A DNA stretch of 64,000 nucleotides from an uncultured Verrucomicrobiae bacterium (lineage in GTDB: Bacteria > Verrucomicrobiota > Verrucomicrobiia > Opitutales > JABDGR01). The position numbers were made by a program, and so were the translations under genes. How positions within the stretch are numbered: position 1 is the first letter of the stretch; the number at the start of each line of letters is the position of its first letter. This document shows positions 51,428 to 62,056 of this stretch, piece after piece. The DNA lies in the NCBI GenBank assembly GCA_963765205.1, contig CAVXVB010000002.1, positions 96,001 through 160,000 on the forward strand, read 5' to 3'. Under the pieces are notes generated by a model. It saw nothing but the letters and a program-made list of their open reading frames with translations, did no database searches and was not told the DNA's origin.

Positions 51428-51763
51428 ATGGCTTTGGCTTTCCGGGATTTTTCACCCCATCTTTTATCCGCACCCCGCCGCGGCGTGACCCCGCAATGGG
51501 AGCCTTTGACCGGCGTGGTCGCACGCGCCAGCCAATGGCTCGAGTCCGCCGGCCTGCGCGCCGTGAGTGTCGAGACGCTCCTTTTGCCCATCGGCAAGAA
51601 CGCTTCGCCCAATTCCGCCGCCGGCTCCAGTGTCGAGCGCTGGGACGAGGATCATCTCTGGCTGCAAGTGGTGCGCGTGTGGCACGAAGCCCCCTCGGCG
51701 GGCGCGCCGCCCGTGCCCCCGCCCGCGCCCGGCCGCGTTCTGTCCGGCGGCCCGCTCTTGTAA
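51428..51763 (+). CDS. Hypothetical protein
   Basis: MALAFRDFSP..., VSVETLLLP, WLQVVRVW; host-like codon usage. Confidence 0.6.
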   Translation: MALAFRDFSPHLLSAPRRGVTPQWEPLTGVVARASQWLESAGLRAVSVETLLLPIGKNASPNSAAGSSVERWDEDHLWLQVVRVWHEAPSAGAPPVPPPAPGRVLSGGPLL

Positions 51764-51824
51764 AATTTCCCGTTCACAGCGAACGCGTTGGTTTCGCTTC
51801 GGGGAGCGCGTCTGCTCATCCCCG

Positions 51825-52832
51825 TCACAAGAACATTTCGGGTTTGGCCTCATCACTTTCGGTGTTTTCCGCCAACGTGTGGCGGGTGATTTCCGGCGGG
51901 CAAAAGAAGCGGGCGGCGACGTTGCTCGCGCCCGCCCCCGCGCTCGTGTAGCCGGACAGGCCCCGATAGCCCCACGTCCCGCGCAGCAACCAGCGTGGCG
52001 TCTCCGAACAATACAAGGCGAGGCCGCCCGGCAGGCAAATCTGCCCACCGTGCGTGTGGCCGCTGAGGACGCCGGCAAAACCCAGTTCGGCGGTGGCGCG
52101 GTAGGTTGCGGGCGTGTGCGAAAGCAGGAGCGCGCAGGTGTCGCGGGGCACCGCCGCGCGCGCGCGGGCGAGGTCGGCGGTGTGGTAGGTGTGGTCGTCG
52201 TCCACGCCCGCGATCCACAATTCCGCCCCGTTATGGTGCCACGGCGCGGCCTCGTTCAGCAACACCCGCCAGCCCAGCGCTTCGAGGCCCGGCACCATTT
52301 CCAACGGGTCGTGATTGCCCAGCACGGCGAAGGCGGGAACATTCGCCCGCAGCGCCTGCGCGATGGCGCCGCAACCCGCGAGCGCATTTTGCCATTCGTG
52401 CCGGGTGTGCGCGCGATAATCGCCGGTCAGCACGACGGCGTCATAGTCCCAGCCGGTCAGCGCGCGCACGACGGCGGGCACAATGCCGGGGTCAATATCA
52501 ACGTGCAGGTCGCTCAGGTGCAGCAAGCGCGCGCCACGCAACGCCGTCGGCAAACCGCGCAGGCGCAGGACATTTTCCCGGCGCTGGATGGCGAGCAGGT
52601 TGCGCCTGCCCCAGCCGGCCAGCCCGGTGAGGCGCAAAATTTTCGCGAGCAAGTTGGCCCGCCGCACGATGTGCTGGAGGTTGACCGGGCCGGCTTCGGC
52701 GGACTTTGGGTCGGCCTCAATCATCCGCTGCATCGCCACCCGGTGCGCAAATATCGCCGGGCCGAGCCGCGCAGCTAGCGCGGCCTGCTCGGATGCCGAC
52801 AGGTCCGGCAAAGATGGAAGGGGCGTGGCCAC
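51825..52832 (-). CDS. Metallophosphoesterase
   Basis: SDLH, TGDY, GNHD, SHTP, SGHTHGGQ. Confidence 0.92.
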   Translation of the reverse strand: MATPLPSLPDLSASEQAALAARLGPAIFAHRVAMQRMIEADPKSAEAGPVNLQHIVRRANLLAKILRLTGLAGWGRRNLLAIQRRENVLRLRGLPTALRGARLLHLSDLHVDIDPGIVPAVVRALTGWDYDAVVLTGDYRAHTRHEWQNALAGCGAIAQALRANVPAFAVLGNHDPLEMVPGLEALGWRVLLNEAAPWHHNGAELWIAGVDDDHTYHTADLARARAAVPRDTCALLLSHTPATYRATAELGFAGVLSGHTHGGQICLPGGLALYCSETPRWLLRGTWGYRGLSGYTSAGAGASNVAARFFCPPEITRHTLAENTESDEAKPEMFL

Positions 52833-52932
52833 GGGCGGGTGGAGAAACTGCCAGCCCGCGCGGCGCTTGCCAATGGCAAACCGCGCATTTTGGCCTTGCG
52901 GCGGGCGGGCAATTTTCCGCTATGCTCCAGCC

Positions 52933-53778
52933 ATGTTTAACCTGGCTCCCTGGCTTGCGCAAACGGACATTTTCCAGTTTTCCGAGTATTACACGCAGTT
53001 CATGCACTACCTGCCGAAGCTGGGCAAGGGCCTGCTCGTGCTGGCGGTGGGCTGGTGGCTGGCCGGGCGCATCAAGGTGTTTTTCAAAAAGATCATGGTC
53101 GCGCGCCATGTGGACGTGACGCTGACCACCTTTCTGTCCAAGTTCTGCTACTGGCTGCTCATCGTGGTGGTGCTGATCATGGCCTTGAGCGAGGCCGACC
53201 CCACCATCACCTCGCCGCTCACTGGCATGTTGGCCGCCAGCACCCTCGCCGTGGGGCTGGCGCTGCAAGGCTTCCTCTCGAATTTTGCCGCCGGCGTGCT
53301 GATTATCCTGCTGCGCCATTTCCGCGTCGGCGACTCGATCCAGGCCGCCGGCGTCTCCGGCACCGTCGAGGAAATCAGCATCTTCAACACCTGCCTCGTC
53401 ACCGACGACAACCGGAAAATCATCGTGCCGAATGGCCAAATCCTCGCCGCGCCCATCATCAACTCCAGCGCGAAACCATTGCGCCGGCTCGATCTGGCGT
53501 TCCGCATCAGCTACGAATCCGACCTCAAGCAGGCCAAGGTCATCCTGCTCACCTGCCTGCAAAACGACATCCGCGCGCTGCCCAACCCGCCCCCGTCGGT
53601 GAGCGTCACCAAACTCGGCGAAAATGCGGTGGAATTGACCACGCACGTCTGGATGGCCAGCGGTGACTACGACGCGCTCAACAGCCACCTGCTGGAGGAC
53701 GTGAAACTTCGTTTCGACGAAGCCGGCATCGTCATCCCCTGTCCCCAACGCGAAGTCCACTTGCGCCCGGCGAAGTGA
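52933..53778 (+). CDS. mscS: Small-conductance mechanosensitive channel
   Basis: AVGLALQGFLSNFAAGVLI, FRVGD.I, G.V.EI.IF.T, IIVPN. Confidence 0.92.
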   Translation: MFNLAPWLAQTDIFQFSEYYTQFMHYLPKLGKGLLVLAVGWWLAGRIKVFFKKIMVARHVDVTLTTFLSKFCYWLLIVVVLIMALSEADPTITSPLTGMLAASTLAVGLALQGFLSNFAAGVLIILLRHFRVGDSIQAAGVSGTVEEISIFNTCLVTDDNRKIIVPNGQILAAPIINSSAKPLRRLDLAFRISYESDLKQAKVILLTCLQNDIRALPNPPPSVSVTKLGENAVELTTHVWMASGDYDALNSHLLEDVKLRFDEAGIVIPCPQREVHLRPAK

Positions 53779-53801
53779 GGCCGGGCTTGGCCGAAGATTA
53801 A

Positions 53802-55673
53802 TCATGGACCATAAACGCCGGTGGCGGCGTTAATTTTGCCCAGCAAGGCATCAATTTGTTTCCCGTTGTCGCGGATTTCTTTGAGAATTGGATCGCGAAC
53901 ATTAGGTCCGGCCGTTGACAAGTTTACCTGCTGATCATCGTTATGCTTGATTAAAAGCATGATTTGATTCCAGTAGGAGTCCACGATGGTGGCCGCCGTC
54001 GCTTTTGGATTCTTGACCAGCAGCACGTTGATTTGCGTGCAAATTGACGCGATTTTGTTTCGATTGGCGTCCAGCTTGCTCAATAGTTGGTCCCGGGCTG
54101 GATTCGTCGAAGGAATGAATTGCCCCCGGGTTACGGTCGCGGTACGAGCGTAGATTGGCATGGCGTCCACCTGCGCTTGCATCGTCAAGTCATCGGTCAC
54201 CAACGGGCCGAGTTGGTTGCGCAAGCCTGGCAAAGGATCATTGGAGGGCGCCTCCGGGTTGGGTGTTTGCGCTGGCGGTGGTGTCGGAGGCGGCGCGTCG
54301 GCCACCATGTCGGCTTCCACCAGATTGGCTGGCACCATTTGGAGAAAGGCCACACTTTCCGCCGACAGGTTCGACAAAGGGTAGTTATAGGTCTTGCCAT
54401 CATCGAGAGTGAATTTTACCGCGTCATTGCTGCGGCCCAGCAGATGCGCCTGCAGAGCCTGGCCACTTTGGGAAATCAGGGTATAGTCCAGTGGGAACTC
54501 GAGTCGCAAATCGGCGGGCAACAATTGCAAGAATTTCTGATCTTCCGCCGTAAATGAAGTCATGGGCAAATAATAATTGCGACCATCCGCCATGAGGGTG
54601 TATTCGACGATATTCGGAGTGCGTCCTTCGAGCTGCACGCGCATGGGCTTTCCATCGGGTCCCGTTAGAGTGTATTCAAACGGGAACCGAAAAACCAGGT
54701 CGGACGGCAGCATGCGTAGGATCTTCTGATCCAGCGTCGAAAAATCCGTGAGTGGGGCGTAGTAAGTGAGGCCGTCGCTCAACAGGGTGTATTTGATCGT
54801 GCTGGCCGAGCGGCCCTCGATCCGCAGGTTCAGCGTCTTGCCCGTGTTATCGGTCAAAATACATTCCAGAGGAACATTGAGGTAGACGTTGGGGCCCGCC
54901 AACTGGACGAGTTTTTGATCCAGCGCGCTCAGCTCACTCAGGGGAACGTATCGTTCGGCGCCATCGGCCAAACCCAGTTTGACCACCGTATTGCTGCGTC
55001 CAAGAATGGTATCAGCCAAAATTTTACCTTGGGTGTCCTTGACCGTGTAGGAAATCGGGAACTCCGCCCGGATCTCATCGGGTAACTGCTGCAAAACAAT
55101 TTGGTCGCTGGTCGAAAATGCGGAAATGGGGGCGTAATGGGTTGCATGGTCGTCCAATGACGTATACTTTACCCAATCGTCATTGCGGCCTTCGATGCGT
55201 ACCAGCGCGGGCTTGGCCCCGTCGGGGCCCATTTGACATTCAAAAGGATAGGCGAACTTGAGCTGTTGGTCCAAATGCTGCACAAACTCCTGGTCCGTGC
55301 CGGACAAAGTGGACACGGCCACATACTGCGTCGAGTTATCGTCCTTCGAAACATATTGAATGACATCCTTGTTGCAGGCGACCAGGCGCCCGGTGATTGC
55401 GTGACCTTGCAAGTCCGTCAAAGTTCGATTTTGGGGCAGTTGATAGCGCCAGTAAAAATGAAAATACACCCAACCGGACACCGCCGCCACCGCCAGCACA
55501 AAGATCACCGCCTTCCAAGGGAACATTCGAACCGGCTCCGGCGGCGGAACATAAACCGCTTGTGGAGCCCGGTTTGGATTGCCTAGGGGACGCGGCGGAG
55601 GGGTTGGCGTCGAGGCCGGCGCAGGCGTTGATTTTGCGGGGATACCCTGATCCGATGGTGTCGGGGAGTCCAT
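53802..55673 (-). CDS. Membrane-anchored protein with six tandem SHD1-like repeats
   Basis: About 62-aa repeats T..D..G......GR....V.Y...DG..Y..P...S..DQ..L. Confidence 0.75.
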   Translation of the reverse strand: MDSPTPSDQGIPAKSTPAPASTPTPPPRPLGNPNRAPQAVYVPPPEPVRMFPWKAVIFVLAVAAVSGWVYFHFYWRYQLPQNRTLTDLQGHAITGRLVACNKDVIQYVSKDDNSTQYVAVSTLSGTDQEFVQHLDQQLKFAYPFECQMGPDGAKPALVRIEGRNDDWVKYTSLDDHATHYAPISAFSTSDQIVLQQLPDEIRAEFPISYTVKDTQGKILADTILGRSNTVVKLGLADGAERYVPLSELSALDQKLVQLAGPNVYLNVPLECILTDNTGKTLNLRIEGRSASTIKYTLLSDGLTYYAPLTDFSTLDQKILRMLPSDLVFRFPFEYTLTGPDGKPMRVQLEGRTPNIVEYTLMADGRNYYLPMTSFTAEDQKFLQLLPADLRLEFPLDYTLISQSGQALQAHLLGRSNDAVKFTLDDGKTYNYPLSNLSAESVAFLQMVPANLVEADMVADAPPPTPPPAQTPNPEAPSNDPLPGLRNQLGPLVTDDLTMQAQVDAMPIYARTATVTRGQFIPSTNPARDQLLSKLDANRNKIASICTQINVLLVKNPKATAATIVDSYWNQIMLLIKHNDDQQVNLSTAGPNVRDPILKEIRDNGKQIDALLGKINAATGVYGP

Positions 55674-55926
55674 GGCGCAACGGACGTTGGAAAAATGATG
55701 CAGGCCGTCAATCGGCAAGGCTTATTGGCGATTCCTCATTACGTTGGGAGCATCCCCTTTCCGCCAAAGTTGTCAAGGGTGCTTTTGGCGGAAAGCTCCG
55801 ATTCTGCTGAGTGCTTGCGGGTTATTTGCCCTCCGCGCTTTTGCGCTTGTGCTCCCGGCCCTTCCTGCGCTATGAAGACTCTTTGCACCGTTGGGTCCGG
55901 GCTGGCTTGGACACGATGGCGCGCAG

Positions 55927-56003
55927 CGGAGTGTAGCTTAGCCTGGTAGAGCGCTACGTTCGGGACGTAGAGGCCGTGGGTTCGAATCCCACCACTCCGA
56001 CCA
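55927..56003 (+). tRNA. tRNA-Pro(CGG); integration target
   Basis: CGGAGTGTAGCTTAGCCTGGTAGAGCGCTACGTTCGGGACGTAG...GGTTCGAATCCCACCACTCCGACCA. Confidence 0.96.
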
Positions 56004-57258
56004 TTTTCAGTTTTGGACAATCTTGGACAGACAGGGACGGAAGCGGATAAACTTGCCCATTATCAATGGGTTGCGAATCTGGTATCACGACTTGGGATTT
56101 TTCGGTTTGGACAGGCTTGGACTCCAAAACCCCGTTTTGGCCACTTTTAAGTGGCAATGGGCGTGGCACGTTTTGAATATGGTCGGTAGGTTTTGCCGCG
56201 ATTCCGGCCAGGGCTTGAAGCCCCTCCTTCAAAGGTAGCTGGGTGGCATCGGTATAGACCCAATCCGTATGCTTGAGGCTTTTATGCCGCGCCAGTTGCA
56301 TGATCACCCGCGACGGCACCCCGGCCTTTTGCAGTTGGGTAATGAAGGTGCGCCTGAAAGTATGAATGCCCGCAGAACGCCCCAAGGAATCTGCGCGGGC
56401 AATCCCTGCTTTCGCCATGTCCAGATGCAGCGTGTCGTTCTTGACCACCCCGCGCCAGAAGACGGGAGTCTCCGGCTTGGCCCATACTGGACGGGCGTCG
56501 CATAGCTCAGGCACCAGGGCGGGCAGAATCGGCAACCAATCGGCGCGGCGGCTTTTGGTTGCTTCTGGGCGCAAGTAAAGACCAGGGTTTTCGCCGTCCA
56601 ACTGGACATCCTTCCAGAGCAAGCGCCTGGATTCCTCGTGCCGCAGACCTGTCATCGCCATAAAACGGTAATAGAACTGCCGACGGGGCGCGGCGGCGCA
56701 GAGGCGGGCAAGCTCATCCTCGGTAAACGCCCGTGGCCCGTCCATGGATTTTTGGGGCTGAGGCAGTTTTTGGATGCGTTTGAGCGGATTGGACACCTCG
56801 TAAGTGCGCTCCGCCCAGTTCAGGAACACCGTCACCGAGTCGAGAAAATGGTTTTGTGTGCGCACCGCATAGCCATGGTTCGAGTTGCGCCAGTCCAGGA
56901 AGCTTTTGGCGGTTATGTCGCTTAGCGTTTTCCAGTGGCAGAATTTCAGCGTCGCCGGGAAACGAATTTTGAGACTGCGCAGGTATTCGCTTGAACGCTC
57001 GCGTTTGCGCACCTCCTTGAGAAATTCCTCGAATAGCTCCATGAGCGGACGCTTCATGGCCTTGCGTGTGTCCGCAGCGGGAATCAACCCGTCCTCTTCG
57101 CGCTGAGCGTCCTCAAATATCTCCTTGAGGCGCTTTTCGGCGACTTCCTTGACGGTGGTATGCAGCGTGACCTCATGCACTTTCGGGTTGTCACCCACCC
57201 GGTAACGGCCCCGATAGCTGCGGCGCGCGCCTTTCGGCGGTATTAGGTATTTTTGCAT
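55954..57258 (-). CDS. Tyrosine integrase, homologous to 22894-24270, reading through att into tRNA-Pro
   Basis: TGLRHEES, HTFRRT, ARHKSLKHTDWVY. Confidence 0.93.
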   Translation of the reverse strand: MQKYLIPPKGARRSYRGRYRVGDNPKVHEVTLHTTVKEVAEKRLKEIFEDAQREEDGLIPAADTRKAMKRPLMELFEEFLKEVRKRERSSEYLRSLKIRFPATLKFCHWKTLSDITAKSFLDWRNSNHGYAVRTQNHFLDSVTVFLNWAERTYEVSNPLKRIQKLPQPQKSMDGPRAFTEDELARLCAAAPRRQFYYRFMAMTGLRHEESRRLLWKDVQLDGENPGLYLRPEATKSRRADWLPILPALVPELCDARPVWAKPETPVFWRGVVKNDTLHLDMAKAGIARADSLGRSAGIHTFRRTFITQLQKAGVPSRVIMQLARHKSLKHTDWVYTDATQLPLKEGLQALAGIAAKPTDHIQNVPRPLPLKSGQNGVLESKPVQTEKSQVVIPDSQPIDNGQVYPLPSLSVQDCPKLKMVGVVGFEPTASTSRT

Positions 57259-57467
57259 GGCTGGATTCCTTTCCCTTTTTCGATCTGGCGTTGAATGTAT
57301 TTATACACTTCCGATGCCTGAACATGCCGTGTCGCACCGAGCTTGTAGCTGGGTAGATGCCCCTGGCTAATCAGGCGGCGAACCGTCTTGACACTCTTAC
57401 GGAGAATTTTCGCCGCCTCTTCCAAGGTGCCGGGTGGTTCAAAGTTATCGGGATTAGGAGCGTTCAT
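57243..57467 (-). CDS. Excisionase-like HTH protein
   Basis: TLEEAAKILRKSVKTVRRLISQGHLPSYKLG. Confidence 0.88.
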   Translation of the reverse strand: MNAPNPDNFEPPGTLEEAAKILRKSVKTVRRLISQGHLPSYKLGATRHVQASEVYKYIQRQIEKGKGIQPCKNT

Positions 57468-57669
57468 GGCTTGGACTTTTTTCGAGACCGTGGGGCCTTT
57501 TTGAGAGGTGAAGAGATGGGAGTGTCAGTAGAGGACGGTCTAATGGGCCGGGAGGGGTGCATTTGTTCGTAAGCGTCTCGTCGCTCTTGTTCATCAAACT
57601 CATCTTCATTATGTTCATCTTCGGCATCTTCGTCGAGGGTGGCCTTTTAAAGGTTTTAGCGTCAATCAT
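57454..57669 (-). CDS. Hypothetical 71-aa protein
   Basis: Overlaps the xis start; same position as orf236 in the tRNA-Ser element; low complexity. Confidence 0.35.
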   Translation of the reverse strand: MIDAKTFKRPPSTKMPKMNIMKMSLMNKSDETLTNKCTPPGPLDRPLLTLPSLHLSKRPHGLEKSPSHERS

Positions 57670-58151
57670 ATTCTTGGTTATATTCTGCCTTTTGTGTGTA
57701 TGTTATCGCTACTTGGTCTGTTAATTGAAAACTTAAGTCATCGTATTGGGCCAAAGTATTAAGGATGAGGATCACCGCTCGCGAAGTGAACCCTTACGCC
57801 AATCAGCCCCACAGTGAAGGCCCGCGCTGCCTCGCACCACCCGACAATATTAATGAATTGTTTATTTGTGTGTTTATTTGCTATCGTTGTTTTTAAGACA
57901 AAGCCATTTCCGCAAACACGCCGGCTTTTCTGTACATCGTAATGACACCGTCACAATAATTCAACCTGCAGCCAAAGCAATTTGAACTTTGGTCAGCCCT
58001 TTCCGTTGCAACTACTTGGCCAAACAGCTTTTTAGGTTCGAATCACTCCGGCCATTTTTTCTAAAGCAGCCGGGAGCCGGGAGCGCGGAACTGGGAGTTG
58101 ACGGAGAATGAATACGTCCGCAGCTTAATCTGCGCCAAGAAAACCGGCCTG

Positions 58152-60113
58152 CTACAAACCGCCTGCCGGGGGTTTGGGCGGCGCCGGGCTGGCCAGGTCG
58201 AGCACGTAGAAAAACCCGTCGTCGAAGCGGTGGGTGCGCGACTGGGCCAGTTCTGCCAGGTCGTCCTGGAACGCAAACGAGAGCGCGGTCTCCTGGTTCA
58301 TCACCCGGCCCATCGAGGGGTCGAGGTTAAAGCGGTAAATCGCGCGCGGATAGTTGGCCTGTGTTTTATAGGCATAAATGATATAGCGGATGTTTTGCTT
58401 GAGCAGGTAGGCCGCCACGGCCTCGCCGCCCTGGTGGACGGGCAGCCCGGAGGGCGGGCTGGATTCTCCCGGCCAGTCGGCGACATAAATGGGATTGCGG
58501 TTAAAATCGAACAGATAGGGCTCGTCGGTGTAGGCGAGAATTTTGGCGCCCGCGGGTACGTTGACCTGCACCGAGTGGACGAGGCCGGCCCATTCCGTCC
58601 AGTCGTTCGCCTGGCCCTCCAGGCTGTTGGCCAGATCGTGGGGCACGATTTGGCCGTAGGTCATATACAGTTCTTTTGCGTGGCCCAGCAACAATGCGGC
58701 CAGCAGGACGGGGCCGGCGTGGCGCGCCCAACGCCCGCTGGGTGGCCCGCCCAGTTTAAGGCCGGCGTGCCAGACGCAGGCCAGCGCCATGGTCAGCGCC
58801 GTCATTTGGGCCGCCGCCAGATAGCGTTCGACGTTGTTGTATTCAGTCGCCATCGCGATCAGTGGCCACGCAATCAGCCACCCGCCAACGATGGCCAACG
58901 TGACGCAGGCAACGGGGCCGCCCGCGGCCGCGCGCACGGCGGGGCGGGACCAGGCGAGCAGCAGGCCCGCAAGGATTATGCATGGCAATATTAGGCCGGT
59001 TTTCAAGGCTTGCACGGCATCGCCATGAAACGGCGCGGGCACCGAGGGGAAAAAGACCTCCACTTGAAATCCCCGGCCCAGCAGGGGATAGAGCGGCGTG
59101 CCAGCGGAATGATATTGCCACCACATCCATGGCAGCATCACGGCCACGCCCGCCAGCGCCACGAGCAAACCGAGGCCCAGTGGACGCCATTTTTTTTCGG
59201 CCAGCGCGCCCAGGCCCGCGGAGCCCGCGACCAGCACGACTGCCGTGGGAATGGTTGTGCTCTTGAGTGAGCAGGCGGCTCCGAGGAGCAATCCGGCCCT
59301 CAGCAACCATGGCCTTCGCGGCGTTGTGGGACCATATAATTGCACCAATGCCGAACAGAGCGCAAGGAGTACGGCCACCGTCGTGGTGGTACTGCTGATG
59401 TTGACATACCAAGGGCGGAAGATCAGCGGCACGAGCATCAACAACGCCGCCCCGGTGCGCCCGAGTTGCAGCCGCACTCCCAGGCCCGCCGCGGCGAGGC
59501 ACGCCGCTGCCAGCCCCACGCCACCTTCGATGATATGCACGTTGTCCGGCGCAAAGAGGGCCAGCGCCATCGCGTTGAGAAAATGTTGCGCACCCAGGGC
59601 GGACATCAACTGCCGGGAATTGAACGGATCCGCGCCGATCGTGCCCGTCTGCAACATTCGTTCAGGCGAAACCAAATAGGACATCGAATCGTCCTGGGGA
59701 TTAAAGTAGGAATGTCCCGCCCACGCCGCGTAGGGAAAAAAGGTTTTTATCAACACGCTGCCCGCAAAGCGCAGCGCGAGCGCGCCCAGAGGCAGCGCCA
59801 GCCACCCCAGCCATGGCCAATCTCTTGCCTTGCGCCGCCAAGTGACGGGATGCGGCATTTTTTTCAAAGGCGAGATGAGAGAACAACCCGCCAGCGCGCA
59901 GCCGGCCAAAACAAAAACAACCACACTTATGCGCGTGGCCAGCCCGCCTAAATTCAGCAAACTGCCGATGAAACTGCTCAGAGCGATGCCCCACGCCGGC
60001 GCCTCCAGCCAGTCGGCTGCCGCGTGGCTCTGCCGGGCCAGCAAGCGCCCCCAACCCGCCAACGCGGCCAACACTGCCAGACCCCACAACAGCACCGGAA
60101 GGAAATTGTCCAT
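58152..60113 (-). CDS. Polytopic membrane protein, possibly GT-C-like
   Basis: More than 12 TM helices, DD..SY loop, DPFNSRQL, GTPLYPLLG. Confidence 0.75.
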   Translation of the reverse strand: MDNFLPVLLWGLAVLAALAGWGRLLARQSHAAADWLEAPAWGIALSSFIGSLLNLGGLATRISVVVFVLAGCALAGCSLISPLKKMPHPVTWRRKARDWPWLGWLALPLGALALRFAGSVLIKTFFPYAAWAGHSYFNPQDDSMSYLVSPERMLQTGTIGADPFNSRQLMSALGAQHFLNAMALALFAPDNVHIIEGGVGLAAACLAAAGLGVRLQLGRTGAALLMLVPLIFRPWYVNISSTTTTVAVLLALCSALVQLYGPTTPRRPWLLRAGLLLGAACSLKSTTIPTAVVLVAGSAGLGALAEKKWRPLGLGLLVALAGVAVMLPWMWWQYHSAGTPLYPLLGRGFQVEVFFPSVPAPFHGDAVQALKTGLILPCIILAGLLLAWSRPAVRAAAGGPVACVTLAIVGGWLIAWPLIAMATEYNNVERYLAAAQMTALTMALACVWHAGLKLGGPPSGRWARHAGPVLLAALLLGHAKELYMTYGQIVPHDLANSLEGQANDWTEWAGLVHSVQVNVPAGAKILAYTDEPYLFDFNRNPIYVADWPGESSPPSGLPVHQGGEAVAAYLLKQNIRYIIYAYKTQANYPRAIYRFNLDPSMGRVMNQETALSFAFQDDLAELAQSRTHRFDDGFFYVLDLASPAPPKPPAGGL

Positions 60114-60402
60114 GCGTGGCAAAAGGGAAAGGACTGGGCGGCTTGACCAACGCAAACCATCGGATGAGGCGCTGGCAACGCAAATGTGGAAGGCCGCGCC
60201 CTTGGGTTTCGCCGGCATTTTCCTCAATTAAAACGGTCGTTTGAATCGAAGGGGAGTCGCATGACAAGGGTTTTACATTCCGCCGGTTGTTTCGCAAGTT
60301 GTTGGTTTATAGCGGCGAAATGGCTGTTGGCCCGGGCGGATTCCAGGGCCGTGGAAAATGCGCGCGACATTTTTTTCAAAGAGGTGGTATAATGGTTCCA
60401 TC

Positions 60403-60999
60403 ATGAGCTCCGCCGACCTTACTGCTGACAAACTTTTGCTCGAACGCTTCCGCCAGGGCGACAATCGCGCCTTTGACGACATTGTGCATCGCTATTACGA
60501 ACCGATCTTCCGCCGTGTCTTTGGCTTGCTGAAAAACCACGAGGACGCCGAGGAAGTCACCCAGGACACATTTTTGCGCGCGCGCCGCGGGTTGGAGGCC
60601 TTTCGCGGCGACGCCGCGTTTTCCACCTGGCTCTACCAGATCGCCACCAACCTCGCGCACAACCGCTACTGGTTTTGGTGGCGGCGCGGTCGGCACGCCG
60701 CCGTGTCGCTCGATGCCTCAGTCAGCCCCGAGGCCGGGCTGACCTTGGCCGAGGTGCTGCCGGATGAGGAGCCGGACCCGGGAAAAAACGCGGTCACCCA
60801 GGAGCTGGTGGAGCGGGTCGAGGCGGCGATGGGTCGGCTCAGCCCCGCCCACCGCGAAATCCTGACCTTGCGTAATGTGCGCGATCTGTCATATGAAGAG
60901 ATTGCCGCTTTGCTGAACCTGAGCTTGGGCACGGTCAAGAGCCGCATCGCCCGGGCGCGCGAGGCGCTTAAACAGGTTCTGGGCGACCAAGCCGCATGA
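60403..60999 (+). CDS. ECF sigma-70 factor (RpoE-like)
   Basis: DAEEVTQDTF, FSTWLYQIATN, LSYEEIA..L....GTVKSRIARAR. Confidence 0.95.
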   Translation: MSSADLTADKLLLERFRQGDNRAFDDIVHRYYEPIFRRVFGLLKNHEDAEEVTQDTFLRARRGLEAFRGDAAFSTWLYQIATNLAHNRYWFWWRRGRHAAVSLDASVSPEAGLTLAEVLPDEEPDPGKNAVTQELVERVEAAMGRLSPAHREILTLRNVRDLSYEEIAALLNLSLGTVKSRIARAREALKQVLGDQAA

Positions 61000-62029
61000 C
61001 GGAAAAACAATTCGACGATCTCACCAATCTCTACCTCGACCACGAGATTGGCGGGAATGACTTGCGGGAATTGAAGGATGCCATCCGCCACAACGTGCTG
61101 CTGCGGCGCAAGTTCGAGCGGGCTTGTGAAATCCACCAGGCGGCGCGCAAAGCCTTGCTTTCGCAGGCGGGCGGCCATGTTCCCGGCGAAGGCACTGGCA
61201 CGGGGGCTAGATCCAGCCCTGCGGCGCGGACGGCCTCCTCCACCGGGTCAGGTTTGACCCGGCCTCGCGGCGGGCGGCCTGTGGCGGCGGGGCCCAGTTC
61301 CGGCAAGCAAAAGCAAAGCCAGGCGCACCGCAATGCCTCGGTTGTGTCTTTGGCCGAGCGGCAGCTAAACAAAGGCGCGGCCAGCGAGGTGGACTTGAAC
61401 CGGATCAGCCTCGAATCGCACGGCTCGTCCAAACCCGCTGTCGGCGGCCGGCACATTTTTTCATTTTTTGATTCTCCGGTGGGTTTGATGATCGGCGGCC
61501 TTTTGCTGATTCTCGGGGGGGCGGTCTTGTATTTCACCTTCAAGTTCACCACGCCCGAGCAGAACGACGACGGTAATCGGTCAAAAATACCGCCCTCCAC
61601 CAATCGGATGTCGTCATTGACCCGAAGGTGCTGCGGGAATTGTCCGCCGACCAAAAAAACAAGCCGCCGGCCGAGGACGCGGCGCACGCGCGCAATTACC
61701 AGGCGGCGTTGACCGGGCAGGCGGCGGTCACGACCCCGCCGGCGAATGATTACGCGTCCACGGCGAATACCTCCTCCGCGACTAGCGCGGCACCCACCGG
61801 GCCCACCGCAGTCGACCTGGCTTTGCCGGCCGCACCGGGCGCGCTAATCCCTGGCGCGGTCAACCTGACTCCATCGGCGCTTATCAATGCGCCGGGCGCG
61901 AGCGCCCTCGCACCCACGCAGGATCCTTGGGTGCAATTATCCATGCCCTCCCCGTTGCCACCCGCCTCTTCGCCGGATGATAAAAACCCGCCCACCAACC
62001 AAACGAATGTGCCGGTGATGCTGCCGTGA
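60996..62029 (+). CDS. Putative anti-sigma factor (frameshift near 61606)
   Basis: ATGA overlap with the sigma gene, NLYLDHEI, single TM; adding one C gives NPDVVIDPKVLRELS joining both ORFs. Confidence 0.7.
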
Positions 62030-62056
62030 GTGCAGGGCTTTCAACTCCCCCTTATC

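Larger units (their letters stand above)
55979..58058. mobile_element. About 2.06 kb minimal integrative element in tRNA-Pro
   Basis: GGTTCGAATCCCACCACTCCGACCATTTT vs GGTTCGAATCACTCCGGCCATTTT at 58035-58058; int and xis inside. Confidence 0.85.
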
